DNA from: Candidatus Rokubacteria bacterium RIFCSPLOWO2_02_FULL_73_56
Lineage (GTDB): Bacteria; Methylomirabilota; Methylomirabilia; Rokubacteriales; CSP1-6
Assembly (NCBI GenBank): GCA_001788495.1
Contig: MGCF01000053.1
Coordinates: 27,756 to 91,755 of the forward strand
Direction of reading: 5' to 3'
DNA: 64,000 bases
Under the pieces are notes generated by a model. The model was not told where the DNA came from and made no database searches. It was given only the letters and a program-made list of their open reading frames with translations. Shown one piece after another: positions 29,721-39,748 of the stretch. Each line of letters starts with the position of its first letter. The stretch's first letter is position 1. The position numbers were made by a program, and so were the translations under genes.

Positions 29721-32414
29721 CTACGCCGCCGGGCTCGGAACGGCCGCGGCGTCCAGCACGGCGCGCACCCTGCGCGCCAGGGCGTCGGGGGTGAACGGCT
29801 TCTGGATGTAGGGCGTCCCGGGGTCCAGGCGCCCGTGGCTGACGACCGCGTGGTCCGTGTAGCCCGACATGTACAGGACGGCCATCTCCGGACGGAGCGA
29901 GACGAGCCGCTCGGCCAGCGCGGACCCGCTCATCTCGGGCATCACCATGTCCGTCACCAGCAGGTGGATCGGCCCCGCGTGGTGCTCGACGATCCGGAGC
30001 GCCTCGGCGCTCCGTCCGGCGCTGAGCACGGCGTAGCCGTGGTCCGCGAGGATCCCGTGCACGAGGGCGCGCACGTCGTTCTCGTCCTCGACGACCAGCA
30101 CGGTCTCGCTCCCGCGCGCCGGGGGCAGGCTCGAGACCTCCGCCCGCTCCGGCTCACCCTCGACGCACGGGAAGTAGATCTTGAACGTGCTGCCCGCGCC
30201 CGGCTCGCTGTAGACCCAGATGCTCCCGCCGCTCTGCCGGACGATGCCGTAGACCGTGGCCAGGCCGAGCCCGGTGCCCTTGCCCGGCTCCTTCGTCGTG
30301 AAGAAGGGCTCGAACATGTGCGACTGGGTCTCGGCGTCCATGCCCGTGCCCGTGTCGCTGACCGCCAGCATCACGTGCGGGCCGGGGCTCACGCCGGCGT
30401 GCTGGCGCGCGAAGTGCTCGCCCAGCTCGACGTTCTCGGTCTCGAGGGTGATCCGGCCGCCGTCGGGCATCGCGTCGCGGGCGTTCACGACCAGGTTGAC
30501 GATGACCTGCTCGAGCTGGCCCGGGTCCACCTTCACGCGTCCGAGGTCCGGACAGGGGGTGAAGACGAGCTCGATGTCCTCGCCGATCAGCCGCTGCAGC
30601 ATGTCCGTCATGCCGGGCACGACGTCGTTCAGATCGAGCACCGCGGGCGCGAGCACCTGCTTGCGGCTGAAGGCCAGGAGCTGCCGCGTCAGCAGGCCGG
30701 CGTGCTCGGCCGTCGTGGCGATGATCTCGATCCCCCCGCGCCGTGGATCCTCGGGGCCCAGGCTCTCGAGCGCGAGGTGGCTGTAGCCCGTGATCACCGT
30801 CAGCAGGTTGTTGAAGTCGTGCGCGATGCCGCCCGCCAGGCGTCCCACGGCCTCGATCTTCTGGAGCTGCCGCACCTGCTGCTCGCTGCCCTGCAGCGCC
30901 TCCTCCACGCGCTTCCGCTCGATGCACTGCGCGATCTCGCCCGCGGCCGAGGCGAAGCCGCTCAGGTCCACCACGTCGAGCGGCTGCGTCGCGAAGCCGG
31001 CCGCGACACCGACGAGCCGATCCTCGACGACGAGCGGGTGGCCGACGAACGCCACGAGCCCCTCCCGCCGCGCCCACTCCGCGTCGCTCAGGCGAGGATC
31101 CTCGAGGAGCGCGTTCGTCGCGTGCGGCCGGCGGTCCGCGGCGATCATGCCGATCTCCGACTGGCCCACCGGCAGCCGGCGACGCGCCCAGTCCGGGTGC
31201 CGGGACGCCCCCGCGCTCGCCCGCAGCTCCAGCGCGTTGTCGTCGCCGCTCCGGACGAAGACGCACGCTGCGCCCAGGCGCAGGTGGCGCACCAGGACCT
31301 CCACGCACTCGGGGAGGATCTCGTCGAGCGTCCGGTTCCGGTTGAGCGCGACGCTGATCTCGCCCCGCATCGCGAGGGCGTTGAACTGCCGGCCGAGCTG
31401 GCTCGCCATCTGGTTGAACGAGGCCGCCAGCTCCTCGAACTCGTCCCGGCTCGCGACCTCCACCCGGCTGTCGAAGTCCCCCATCGCGATCCGGCGCGTG
31501 CCCTCCTGGAGCTTCTCCAGCGGCGTCAGGCTCTTGCGGATCTGCCGCACGCTCAGGAGCAGCACCAGCCAGACCGACATCAGGATGACGAGGATGAACG
31601 TCCGCTTGAAGTCGGCGATCGGCGCGAACACGTCGGCCTTCGACTGGCTCAGCACGATCGTCCACTTCGGCGTCAGGAACTTGAACTGGAGGAACAGGGA
31701 CCAGTAGCTCGCCGCGTAGTCGTTCGCCCGGTCGCTCCACGCGAAGTAGCCGGCGGTGCCCCGGCGCGTCTGCCGGGCGACCTCGGCGGGCACGGGCATC
31801 GAGGCGCGCAGCGACGAGAACAGGAGCCGGCCCGCCGGGTCCAGGACGATCAGCTTCGTCGCCGGCGGCAGCGCGGGCTCGTCGTCGAAGGCCCAGAGGT
31901 AGGCCGGGTTGACCTCCCCGAAGAGCGTCCCCCGGTCCGGCCGCTGCCGGTCGAGCGCGCGCACCAGGAGGAACCGCGCCGGGCCGGTCCGCGAAGGCTC
32001 GCTGGACAGCAGACTCTTGCCCGCGGCGAGGTGCTCGCGTTCCTCGGCGGTGAGCGCCGGGGGCGGCGCCATCCCGCCCAGGAGCGGCACGCTCCGGCCG
32101 TCCGCCGTGACCAGCGCCAGCGCGGTGAACGGCCGCTGGAGCTCCTCGTCGAGCGGCTCGTCGGCTCCCGCGCCCGGGGCGGAGCCCCGCGCCCTCAGCT
32201 CGGCCTCGAGCGCCAGCAGCCGCTTGTACAGCGTCATCGCCACGGCCTTGCTCGCCTGCTGGAGCCGCGCCTGGCTCTGCTCCTGCAGCTGCGCCGTCAC
32301 CCCCTGGAAGGAGAAGATCGCCAGCGCCGAGACGGGAATGAGGGCGCAGGTGACGAACAGCAGGAAGGCCCGGCGGGCGACCTTGCTGGTGAACGTTCTC
32401 GCGTCGAGCTTCAT
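29721..32414 (-). CDS. hybrid sensor histidine kinase/response regulator with periplasmic sensor, HAMP and GAF domains
   Basis: 897 aa. It has an N-terminal TM, a periplasmic region and a second TM, followed by HAMP, GAF-like, HisKA (GIAHDFNNLLTVI), HATPase (DTGTGMD...GTGLGL) and C-terminal REC (VLVVEDE...D) domains. Confidence 0.85.
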   Translation of the reverse strand: MKLDARTFTSKVARRAFLLFVTCALIPVSALAIFSFQGVTAQLQEQSQARLQQASKAVAMTLYKRLLALEAELRARGSAPGAGADEPLDEELQRPFTALALVTADGRSVPLLGGMAPPPALTAEEREHLAAGKSLLSSEPSRTGPARFLLVRALDRQRPDRGTLFGEVNPAYLWAFDDEPALPPATKLIVLDPAGRLLFSSLRASMPVPAEVARQTRRGTAGYFAWSDRANDYAASYWSLFLQFKFLTPKWTIVLSQSKADVFAPIADFKRTFILVILMSVWLVLLLSVRQIRKSLTPLEKLQEGTRRIAMGDFDSRVEVASRDEFEELAASFNQMASQLGRQFNALAMRGEISVALNRNRTLDEILPECVEVLVRHLRLGAACVFVRSGDDNALELRASAGASRHPDWARRRLPVGQSEIGMIAADRRPHATNALLEDPRLSDAEWARREGLVAFVGHPLVVEDRLVGVAAGFATQPLDVVDLSGFASAAGEIAQCIERKRVEEALQGSEQQVRQLQKIEAVGRLAGGIAHDFNNLLTVITGYSHLALESLGPEDPRRGGIEIIATTAEHAGLLTRQLLAFSRKQVLAPAVLDLNDVVPGMTDMLQRLIGEDIELVFTPCPDLGRVKVDPGQLEQVIVNLVVNARDAMPDGGRITLETENVELGEHFARQHAGVSPGPHVMLAVSDTGTGMDAETQSHMFEPFFTTKEPGKGTGLGLATVYGIVRQSGGSIWVYSEPGAGSTFKIYFPCVEGEPERAEVSSLPPARGSETVLVVEDENDVRALVHGILADHGYAVLSAGRSAEALRIVEHHAGPIHLLVTDMVMPEMSGSALAERLVSLRPEMAVLYMSGYTDHAVVSHGRLDPGTPYIQKPFTPDALARRVRAVLDAAAVPSPAA

Positions 32415-32426
32415 GATCCGCGGGGC

Positions 32427-32933
32427 TCAGTACGCCGACGCCAGCCCGATGTAGCCGCCGTCGTTGGCGCGGATGATGTCGTCCTGGCTCGCCTTGGCCG
32501 TCAGCGCGGACTGGCTCTCACCGTCCTTGCCCTCGCTGTAGAGGTCGTACGTCGAGTTGAGCGGCACGAGGTTGCGATCCTTCCGGACCTTGCCCTTGCC
32601 CTTCGGCCCGAGAGTGGAGAAGTTCAGGTACTCGTACGGGTTGCCCCACGAGTCCTTGAGCGTTCCGCGCCCGATCTCCCCGAGGTCCGCCGGCAGCCGG
32701 CCGTTGCTCATCTCGAACACGGCGATCTCGCTCTCGAGCACCCGGATCTCCGCGATCGCCCGGATGATCCGGGCCCGCTCGGTCACGTCGGCGTAGATCG
32801 GGAGCGCGATGCTGGCGAGCGTCGCGATGAGCGCCGTGACGATGATCAGCTCGACCAGCGTCAGGCCGCGGGAGCCGACCGCGTGCGCCCATCGCGGGCT
32901 CCCCCCCGTCACGGCGCTGCACCGCCGGCTCAT
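32427..32933 (-). CDS. type II secretion system GspG-like pseudopilin (prepilin-type N-terminus)
   Basis: The segment G-LTLVELIIVTALIATLASIALP is a prepilin helix, and DSWGNPYEY matches the GspG hallmark DPWGxxY. The ATG overlaps the upstream stop (ATGA). The leader is unusually long (about 23 aa). Confidence 0.65.
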   Translation of the reverse strand: MSRRCSAVTGGSPRWAHAVGSRGLTLVELIIVTALIATLASIALPIYADVTERARIIRAIAEIRVLESEIAVFEMSNGRLPADLGEIGRGTLKDSWGNPYEYLNFSTLGPKGKGKVRKDRNLVPLNSTYDLYSEGKDGESQSALTAKASQDDIIRANDGGYIGLASAY

Positions 32934-33553
32934 GGCTTCCGGAACTGCTCCAGGCGCGCCTGCAGGCTGTCCACCAGCACGCCGAGCGTCCGAATGCTCT
33001 CGTCCAGCCCGTCGGGCGACCCCCCGTGGCGGACCCGCTTCAGGTCGGCGAACACCGCGCGGATCGCCGCGGCCTGCTCCTCGACGCCGGCAATCCTGTC
33101 CTCGAGGGTCCCGAGCATCTCGTTGATGACGTCGGCCTCCGGCGTCAGGTAGTCGTGCTTGCGGATCCTCGCCCGGGCCGCCAGGTCCCCCGCAGTCACG
33201 GCCTCGAAGACGCGCCGGAACCGGTAGAGCGGGCCCGCGATGCGATGCGAGACGATCACCGAGTGGTAGGCGAGCAGGCCGAGGACGATGAGCACCGCCG
33301 GCCAGAGCCGCGCGTGGAGGAACAGGAACTCGTTCGCGGCCGCGAGGTTCTCCGCCGAGGCGTCGAGGCTCGCGCTTCTTAGCTGCAGCAGCGGCGGGAG
33401 CACCAGGATCACCGCCAGGACCAGCACGATGACGCAGAAATAGGCGAGGTTGACGAGCAGCAGCCGGTGCTGGAGCCCGCTGATCAGTATCCGTCTACGT
33501 CGTGGGCGGATCGCTCGGTTCTCGGTCACGCTCCCTGGGTCAGCAACTCCCAT
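32930..33553 (-). CDS. membrane protein with HAMP-like domain
   Basis: 207 aa with two TM helices flanking a short loop, then an amphipathic HAMP-like segment (SHRIAGPLYRFRRVFEAVTAGDL). The 5' region has atypical codons, so the start is uncertain. Confidence 0.5.
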   Translation of the reverse strand: MGVADPGSVTENRAIRPRRRRILISGLQHRLLLVNLAYFCVIVLVLAVILVLPPLLQLRSASLDASAENLAAANEFLFLHARLWPAVLIVLGLLAYHSVIVSHRIAGPLYRFRRVFEAVTAGDLAARARIRKHDYLTPEADVINEMLGTLEDRIAGVEEQAAAIRAVFADLKRVRHGGSPDGLDESIRTLGVLVDSLQARLEQFRKP

Positions 33554-33785
33554 ACCACCCTTGAGGGGTCATGCAACGTCTCGACGGGAAAGGGATTTTC
33601 CCCGTGGCCCCTTCGCCCAGCGGAGGGGTCGCGAGGGGCGAGAATCGCAGGCCGGACACGAAAAAACTCTTTCCGGATCGGGGTTTCCCGATTGGCATGG
33701 CCGCTGGTGAGTTCCGGGCCACTGGCCAGAAACTGACCTCCTTCGTGCGACTGGCGACCCTATCAGCTCGGCGCCGGGCCGCGGC

Positions 33786-33814
33786 TTGACCCCCGAAGAT
33801 CGCTGGGGTAGGGT
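33786..33814 (+). promoter_or_regulatory. candidate sigma70 promoter for the cyclase gene
   Basis: TTGACC, a 17-bp spacer and TAGGGT lie about 50 nt upstream of ATG 33864, inside a 310-bp divergent intergenic region. Confidence 0.3.
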
Positions 33815-33863
33815 CGTCCCCACTTGTCTGGCCGCGCGCGGTGGTCACCGCTGAGGAGCCCCG

Positions 33864-36800
33864 ATGAGATGCCCGCAGTGCCAGCACCAGAACCGCGACG
33901 GGGCGAAGTTCTGCGAGGAGTGCGCCGCGCCCCTGGCTCGGGCGTGCGCGAACTGCGGCTCCCAGCTCTCGGCGTCGGCGAAGTTCTGCTCCGAGTGCGC
34001 GCATCCGGCGGCGAGCCCCCCGACCCGCGCCCAGCCGCGGTTGGCCGCGCCCGAGGCCCACATTCCCAGACACCTCGCCGAGAAGATCCTCACCTCCAAG
34101 AGCGCGGTCGAGGGCGAGCGCAAGCACGTGACCGTGCTGTTCGCCGACCTCAAGGGCTCGATGGAGCTGCTCGCGGACCGCGATCCGGAGGAGGCGCGGC
34201 GGCTCCTCGATCCGGTGCTGCAGCACATGATGGAGGCGGTCCATCGGTACGAGGGGACCGTCAACCAGGTGATGGGCGACGGGATCATGGCCCTCTTCGG
34301 CGCCCCGGTGGCTCACGAGGATCACGCCGTGCGCGCGTGCTACGCGGCGCTCAGGATGCAGGAGTCGGTGAAGCGCTACGCCGAGGAGGTCCACCGGACG
34401 GCCGGCGTGCCGGTGCACATCCGCGTGGGGTTGAACTCGGGCGAGGTCGTCGTGCGGTCGATCGGCAGCGACCTGCACATGGACTACACGGCGGTCGGCC
34501 AGACCACCCACCTGGCCGCGCGCATGGAACAGATGGCCATGCCCGGCACCATCTTGATGGCGCCCGACACGCTGAGACTCGCCGAGGACTACGTGGTCGT
34601 CAAGCCACTCGGGGCGCGGCCGGTCAAGGGGCTGGACCGCCCCGTCGAGGTCTACGAGGTCATCGGAGCCAGCACCGTGCGCTCCCGCGTGCACGCCGCC
34701 GTCGCCAGGGGCCTGACCCGCTTCGTCGGGCGCGACGGGGAGCTCGAGCAGCTTCGCCGGGCGCTGGAGCAGGCCCGCGGCGGTCAGGGGCAGGTCGTGG
34801 CGATCGTGGGCGAGGCCGGCGTGGGCAAGTCGCGTCTGTACTGGGAGTTCATTCACTCGCATCGGACAGAGGGCTGGACGATCGCCGAGTCGAGCTCCGT
34901 CTCCTACGGCAAGGCCACCTCCTACCTGCCGATCGTCGAGCTCCTCCGCGCGTACTTCCGGATCGAGACGCACGATGACGTGCGAAGGATCCGCGAGAAG
35001 GTCACGGGGAAGCTGCTGTCGCTCGACCGCGCCCTGGAGCCCGCGCTGCCCGCGATCCTCTGGCTGCTGGACGTCCCTGCCGAGGAGCCCGAGTGGCAGC
35101 GGCTCGCCCCCCCGCAGCGCCGCCAGCGGGCGCTCGACGGGGTCAAGGCGCTGCTGCTCCGCGAGAGCCGGGTGCAGCCGTTGCTCGTCCTCTTCGAGGA
35201 CCTGCACTGGATCGACGCCGAGACGCAGGCGCTGCTCGACGGCCTGGTCGAGGGCGTGCCGACGGCCCGGCTCCTGCTCCTCGTCAACTACCGCCCGGAG
35301 TACCGGCACACGTGGAGCGGGAAGAGCTACTACCGGCAGCTCCGCCTCGACCCCTTGCCGCCCGAGAGCGCCGAGGGATTGCTGGGCGCGCTCCTCGGGA
35401 ACGACGAGGGCCTCGGGCCCCTCATGCGCCTGCTGATCGACCGAACCTCGGGCAACCCGTTCTTCATAGAGGAGAGCGTCCGGACGCTCGTCGAGACGGG
35501 GTTCCTGTCGGGTGAGCGCGGCGCGTATCGACTGGTGAAGGCGCTGGAGACCGTGCAGATGCCGGCGTCGGCGCGGGCGATCCTGGCGGCGCGCATCGAC
35601 CGGCTGTCGCCCGAGGACAAGCGCGTGCTCCAGGCGGCCTCGGTCATCGGCAAGGACGTCGCCTTCGTCCTCCTCGAGGCGATCGCCGACGAGAGCGAGG
35701 ACGGCTTGCGCCGAAGCCTCGCGCAGCTGCAGGCCGCCGAGTTCCTCTACGAGACCCGCCTCTATCCCGACCTCGAGTACACCTTCCGCCACGCCCTCAC
35801 CCACGAGGTCGGGTACGCCACGCTCCTCCAGGACCGCCGCCGCGCGCTGCACGCCAGGATCCTCGAGGTCATCGAGCGGCTCTACCACGATCGACTGGGC
35901 GAGGAGGTCGATCGCCTCGCCCACCACGCCTTCAGGGGCGAAGTCTGGGACAAGGCGCTCGGCTACCTCCGGCAGGCGGGGCGGAAGGCGGGCGGGCGCT
36001 GCGCCTTTCGCGAGGCGGCCTCGTACTTCGAGCAGGCCCTGGTCAGCGTCCAGCATCTCCCCGAGGGCCAGCAGGCCACCGCGCGGGCCATCGACCTCCG
36101 GTTCGACCTCCGGAGCGCGCTCGTTCCGCTCGGGGACCTGGCGCCGATCCTCGAGCACCTCCGGGAGGCCGAACGCCTCGCCCTCGCCATCGGCGATCAG
36201 CGCCGTCTCGGGCGGGCCGCCTCCTTGCTGGCCAACCTCTTCCAGCTCACCGGGGATCTCGACGCTGCGCTCGAGTCGGGCGAGCGTGCCCGCGCCGCCG
36301 CCGCCGGGCTCGGCGACCGCGGCCTGGAGCTCGCGACGAACCTCTACCTGGGCCAGACGCACTGCGCCCGAGGCGACTACGGCCAGGCCGTGGCGGTGCT
36401 CACCAGCAACGAGGAGGCGCTCCGGAGCGAGCCGGTCCGCGACCGGCTGAGCGAGGCCGCCTTCCGCGCGATCACCAGCCGGACCTGGTCCGTGTGGGCC
36501 CTCGCCGAGCTCGGCGAGTTCGCGGACGGGCTCAGGCGCGCCGGAGAGGCGATCAGGATCGCGGAGTCCGTCGGCCACCCGGGAGCCCGCGTCAGCGCGT
36601 ACCTCGGCATGGGGCTCCTCTCTGTCCGTCGGGGCGACTTCGATCACGCCATCGCCGTGCTCGACCAGGGCGTCGCGCTCTGTCACTCGGCCGGCATCCC
36701 CGCCATGTTCCCCTTCATGGCGACCGGCCTGGGGTACGCGTACGCGCTCTCGGGGCGGCTCGACGAAGCCCTGCCCCTGCTCGAGCAGGCCGTGGAGCGG

Positions 36801-37226
36801 GCCGCGGGGAGCGGAATGATCGGCGGCCAGGCGCTCAGGGTCGTCCAGCTCGCCGAGGGATGCCTCCTGGCTGGCCGTGCCGACGACGCGCGCGCATCGG
36901 CCAGCCGGGCCCTGGACCTCGCGCGGACCCACAGGGAGCGGGGACACGAGGCGTGGGCCCTCCGGCTCCTCGCCGAGATCCAGTCGACCGAGGCGCGGCT
37001 GGACGTCGAGCAGGCGGCGGACAGCTTTCGGCAAGCCCTGGCGCTGGCCGAGGAGCTCGGGATGCGGCCGCTTGCCGCCCACTGCGGTCTGGGCCTCGGC
37101 GCGCTCTACCGCCGCGCCGGACAATCCGAGCGCGCCCAGGAGCACCTGACCGGCGCCATCGCGATGTTCCGGGAGATGGACGCGCCCTCGTGGCTGTTCC
37201 TCGCGACGGAGATCGCCAACGCGTAG
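33864..37226 (+). CDS. class III adenylate/guanylate cyclase fused to AAA (NB-ARC-like) ATPase and TPR repeats, with N-terminal double zinc ribbon
   Basis: 1120 aa. N-terminal MRCPQCQHQN...CEEC...CANCG...CSEC gives two zinc ribbons. The cyclase core is VTVLFADLKGSMEL...GDGIMALFGAP...RVGLNSGEVVV. The P-loop is GEAGVGKS and is followed by about 450 aa of TPR-like helical repeats. There is no C-terminal LuxR HTH. Confidence 0.85.
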   Translation: MRCPQCQHQNRDGAKFCEECAAPLARACANCGSQLSASAKFCSECAHPAASPPTRAQPRLAAPEAHIPRHLAEKILTSKSAVEGERKHVTVLFADLKGSMELLADRDPEEARRLLDPVLQHMMEAVHRYEGTVNQVMGDGIMALFGAPVAHEDHAVRACYAALRMQESVKRYAEEVHRTAGVPVHIRVGLNSGEVVVRSIGSDLHMDYTAVGQTTHLAARMEQMAMPGTILMAPDTLRLAEDYVVVKPLGARPVKGLDRPVEVYEVIGASTVRSRVHAAVARGLTRFVGRDGELEQLRRALEQARGGQGQVVAIVGEAGVGKSRLYWEFIHSHRTEGWTIAESSSVSYGKATSYLPIVELLRAYFRIETHDDVRRIREKVTGKLLSLDRALEPALPAILWLLDVPAEEPEWQRLAPPQRRQRALDGVKALLLRESRVQPLLVLFEDLHWIDAETQALLDGLVEGVPTARLLLLVNYRPEYRHTWSGKSYYRQLRLDPLPPESAEGLLGALLGNDEGLGPLMRLLIDRTSGNPFFIEESVRTLVETGFLSGERGAYRLVKALETVQMPASARAILAARIDRLSPEDKRVLQAASVIGKDVAFVLLEAIADESEDGLRRSLAQLQAAEFLYETRLYPDLEYTFRHALTHEVGYATLLQDRRRALHARILEVIERLYHDRLGEEVDRLAHHAFRGEVWDKALGYLRQAGRKAGGRCAFREAASYFEQALVSVQHLPEGQQATARAIDLRFDLRSALVPLGDLAPILEHLREAERLALAIGDQRRLGRAASLLANLFQLTGDLDAALESGERARAAAAGLGDRGLELATNLYLGQTHCARGDYGQAVAVLTSNEEALRSEPVRDRLSEAAFRAITSRTWSVWALAELGEFADGLRRAGEAIRIAESVGHPGARVSAYLGMGLLSVRRGDFDHAIAVLDQGVALCHSAGIPAMFPFMATGLGYAYALSGRLDEALPLLEQAVERAAGSGMIGGQALRVVQLAEGCLLAGRADDARASASRALDLARTHRERGHEAWALRLLAEIQSTEARLDVEQAADSFRQALALAEELGMRPLAAHCGLGLGALYRRAGQSERAQEHLTGAIAMFREMDAPSWLFLATEIANA

Positions 37227-37255
37227 TCGGCGCAGCGGGGCCCCGGCCGCGTCGG

Positions 37256-38179
37256 TCAGGTCCCGAGCCCGGGCATCGTGAACCCCTTCGCCTCGAGCGC
37301 CGCCACGAGCGCCTGCGCCTGCCCGGGGGTGAGCGCGACCAGCGGCGGGCGCACGGTGGCCCAGGACGGGTCGCCCGCCCAGCGGGCGATCGCGGCCTTG
37401 AGCGCGGGGATCATCGGGAACGTCGCGAAGACGCCCCGGATCTCGTCGAGGCGCGCCTGCTGGGCGTCGGCGTCGGCGGCCTGCCAGGTGGCGTACAGGC
37501 GCGCGATCGGGCCGGGGTGGACGTTGGCCGTGGCGCTGATGCAGCCGCGTCCGCCGTGCCGCATGTTGCGCAGCAGGAAGGTCTCCGAGCCCGCGAAGAC
37601 GTCGAAGCCGGACGGGGCGAAGGCGTCGAGGAAGGCCCGGGTGTTCTCCCAGTCACCCGAGCTGTCCTTCATGCCGGCGGTCTGCGCCGGGTAGGACCGG
37701 AGCAGGCGCTCGACGAGGCCGAGCGTGATCGGCACCTGGGCGACGGGCGGGATGTGGTAGAGGTACACCCGCAGGCGCGCCTCCCCCACCCGCTCGATCA
37801 CCTCGGCGAAGCTCCGGAAGAGGCCGTCGTCGGAGACGCCCTTGTAGTAGAAGGGCGGGAGCATCAGCACGCCCGCGCAGCCGAGCTTGACCGCGTGCGC
37901 GGTGAGCCGCACCGAGTCCGGCAGCGCGCAGCAGCCGGTGCCCGGCATCAGGCGCGCCGGGTCCACGCCGGCGCCCACCAGGCCCTCGAGCAGCTCGATC
38001 CGCTCCTCCACCGAGAGCGAGTTCGCCTCCGAGTTGGTCCCGAACACGGCCAGGCCGACGTCCTGGGCGAGGAGCCACCGGCACTGGCGCACGAAGCGCT
38101 CGGGGTCGGGCGCGAGGTCGGCCTTGAACGGGGTGACGACCGGCGAGAGCACGCCGGCGATGCGCTGGGTGTCGCTCAC
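37256..38179 (-). CDS. dihydrodipicolinate synthase family protein (DapA/NanA-type class I aldolase)
   Basis: 307 aa with a GTG start and GAGGAGAGGAG RBS. DapA-family motifs (GTNSE...S, YHIP) are present. Confidence 0.8.
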   Translation of the reverse strand: MSDTQRIAGVLSPVVTPFKADLAPDPERFVRQCRWLLAQDVGLAVFGTNSEANSLSVEERIELLEGLVGAGVDPARLMPGTGCCALPDSVRLTAHAVKLGCAGVLMLPPFYYKGVSDDGLFRSFAEVIERVGEARLRVYLYHIPPVAQVPITLGLVERLLRSYPAQTAGMKDSSGDWENTRAFLDAFAPSGFDVFAGSETFLLRNMRHGGRGCISATANVHPGPIARLYATWQAADADAQQARLDEIRGVFATFPMIPALKAAIARWAGDPSWATVRPPLVALTPGQAQALVAALEAKGFTMPGLGT

Positions 38180-38208
38180 GGTGTCCGCTCCTCTCCTCGC
38201 GAGTCGGC

Positions 38209-39171
38209 CTACGGGATCAGCACGATCTTGCCGTGGTGGCCCGCTTCCATCACGGCCTCGTGGGCGCGCCCTGCCCGGGCGAGCGGCAGCTCCTCGGCGA
38301 CGACCGGGCGGAGCGTCCCGTTGCGCAGGCCCTCCACGAGCGCGGCGTGGATCCCGGCGAGCTGGCGGGGCGCCGCGTGGTACAGCGCCATCCCGAGGAT
38401 CGCGCAGTTCTTGTTCATGGCGCCCCGCGGGTTGATCTCGATCGTGCCCCGGTTGCCGATGACCACGATGCGCCCCCCCGTCGCGACGACGCCGAGGTCC
38501 TTCTGGAGGTTCACGTTCGCCAGCATCTCGAGGACGATGTCCACGCCGCGGCCGCCCGTGAGCCTGAGCAGCTCGTCGAGGTAGCCCGGCGCGCCGTGGT
38601 CGAGGACGTGGTGGGCGCCCTGCTCGGCGACGAGCCGACGCCCCCGTTCCGTCCCCGCGGTGCCGAGCACCGTGAGGCCGCGCGCCCGCGCGATCTGCAC
38701 GGCACCGAGGCCCACGCCGCCGCTCGCGCCGTGCACGAGCACGCTCTCGCCCGCCTCGCCGCGCGCGCGGTCGACGAGCGCGTGGTAGGCGGTGCCGTAG
38801 GGGATGTTCATCGCCGCGCCCTGCGCGAAGCTCACGGTGCCGGGCAGCGGGTGGAGCTGCGCCGGGTCGCAGAGCGCCAGCTCGGCGTAGGCGCCCGAGA
38901 GCGTGCCGCCCACGTAGACGCGGTCGCCCTGGCCGACGCCGGCGACGCCGGCGCCGACCGCCTCGACGACGCCGGCCGCGTCCGTGCCGGGCGTGTACGG
39001 GAGCTTCGGCCCGCGGTTGTCCACGTTGGCGCGCAGGTAGGTGTCCACCGGGTTCACGCCGACCGCGTGGTTGCGCACGAGCACCTGGCCGGGGCCGGGC
39101 TGCGGCGTGGGGACTTCCTCGAGCTTCAGCACTGCCGGGCCGCCGTACTCCGAAACGCGGATCGCCTTCAT
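38209..39171 (-). CDS. NADPH:quinone oxidoreductase / zinc-type alcohol dehydrogenase-like protein
   Basis: 320 aa. MKAIRVSEYGGPAVLKLEEV is the typical Qor N-terminus. Nucleotide-binding motif HGASGGVGLGAVQIA. Confidence 0.85.
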   Translation of the reverse strand: MKAIRVSEYGGPAVLKLEEVPTPQPGPGQVLVRNHAVGVNPVDTYLRANVDNRGPKLPYTPGTDAAGVVEAVGAGVAGVGQGDRVYVGGTLSGAYAELALCDPAQLHPLPGTVSFAQGAAMNIPYGTAYHALVDRARGEAGESVLVHGASGGVGLGAVQIARARGLTVLGTAGTERGRRLVAEQGAHHVLDHGAPGYLDELLRLTGGRGVDIVLEMLANVNLQKDLGVVATGGRIVVIGNRGTIEINPRGAMNKNCAILGMALYHAAPRQLAGIHAALVEGLRNGTLRPVVAEELPLARAGRAHEAVMEAGHHGKIVLIP

Positions 39172-39187
39172 GCGCTCCTGGCTCCTT

Positions 39188-39748
39188 TCAGTCGACCTGC
39201 TTTCGAATCTGTTCCCAGATCATCCCGAGCCCCAGACGGTCGGCCCATTCGGTGATGTATCCGCGGTCCACCTCGGGCCCCGACACCCGGAGGATCCCGA
39301 GAACGTCGCGCAGGTGCAGGTCCGACTCGCCCTGCCGAGAGTAGAGCAGCTTGTAGAGGATGACATCCTCGGGTCGTGCGAAGTACGCCTCCGCTCCCGG
39401 CACCAGCGGTAACCTCTGCCGCCGCGCGAGTCGGGTCCGATCGTACGGCGTGTCGGGGTTGACGTAGACGTCGATCTTCACACCGGAGCCCGGGTGGACG
39501 ATGTTGAACTGGCCGGACGTCCGGAGCGCCTCCCGCGCCGTCGCCTCGTCGACGTAGAACTCACTGGCCGGAAACCGGGCGAGGAAGCCGGTGAGGTGCT
39601 CGGGCCGGAGAGCCACGACCACGTCGACATCGCGCGTGAGCCGAGGCTCGCCGTAGTACATCGAAGCCTGGGAGCCGCCGATCATGTACTCGACCCCCAC
39701 AGCCTCGAGGGCGTCAACGAGGTGTCGGAGCAGCTCGGCCTGGGTCAC
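39188..39748 (-). CDS. nucleotidyltransferase-fold protein (Pol-beta superfamily; AbiEii-like motif)
   Basis: About 187 aa from GTG 39748. IGGSQASMYYGEPRLTRDVDVVV matches the hG[GS]-x9-13-D-x-D NTase motif. The start overlaps the stop of the upstream small ORF (GTGA). The 264-aa track ORF has an Arg-rich N-extension that I consider non-coding. Confidence 0.5.
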   Translation of the reverse strand: MTQAELLRHLVDALEAVGVEYMIGGSQASMYYGEPRLTRDVDVVVALRPEHLTGFLARFPASEFYVDEATAREALRTSGQFNIVHPGSGVKIDVYVNPDTPYDRTRLARRQRLPLVPGAEAYFARPEDVILYKLLYSRQGESDLHLRDVLGILRVSGPEVDRGYITEWADRLGLGMIWEQIRKQVD

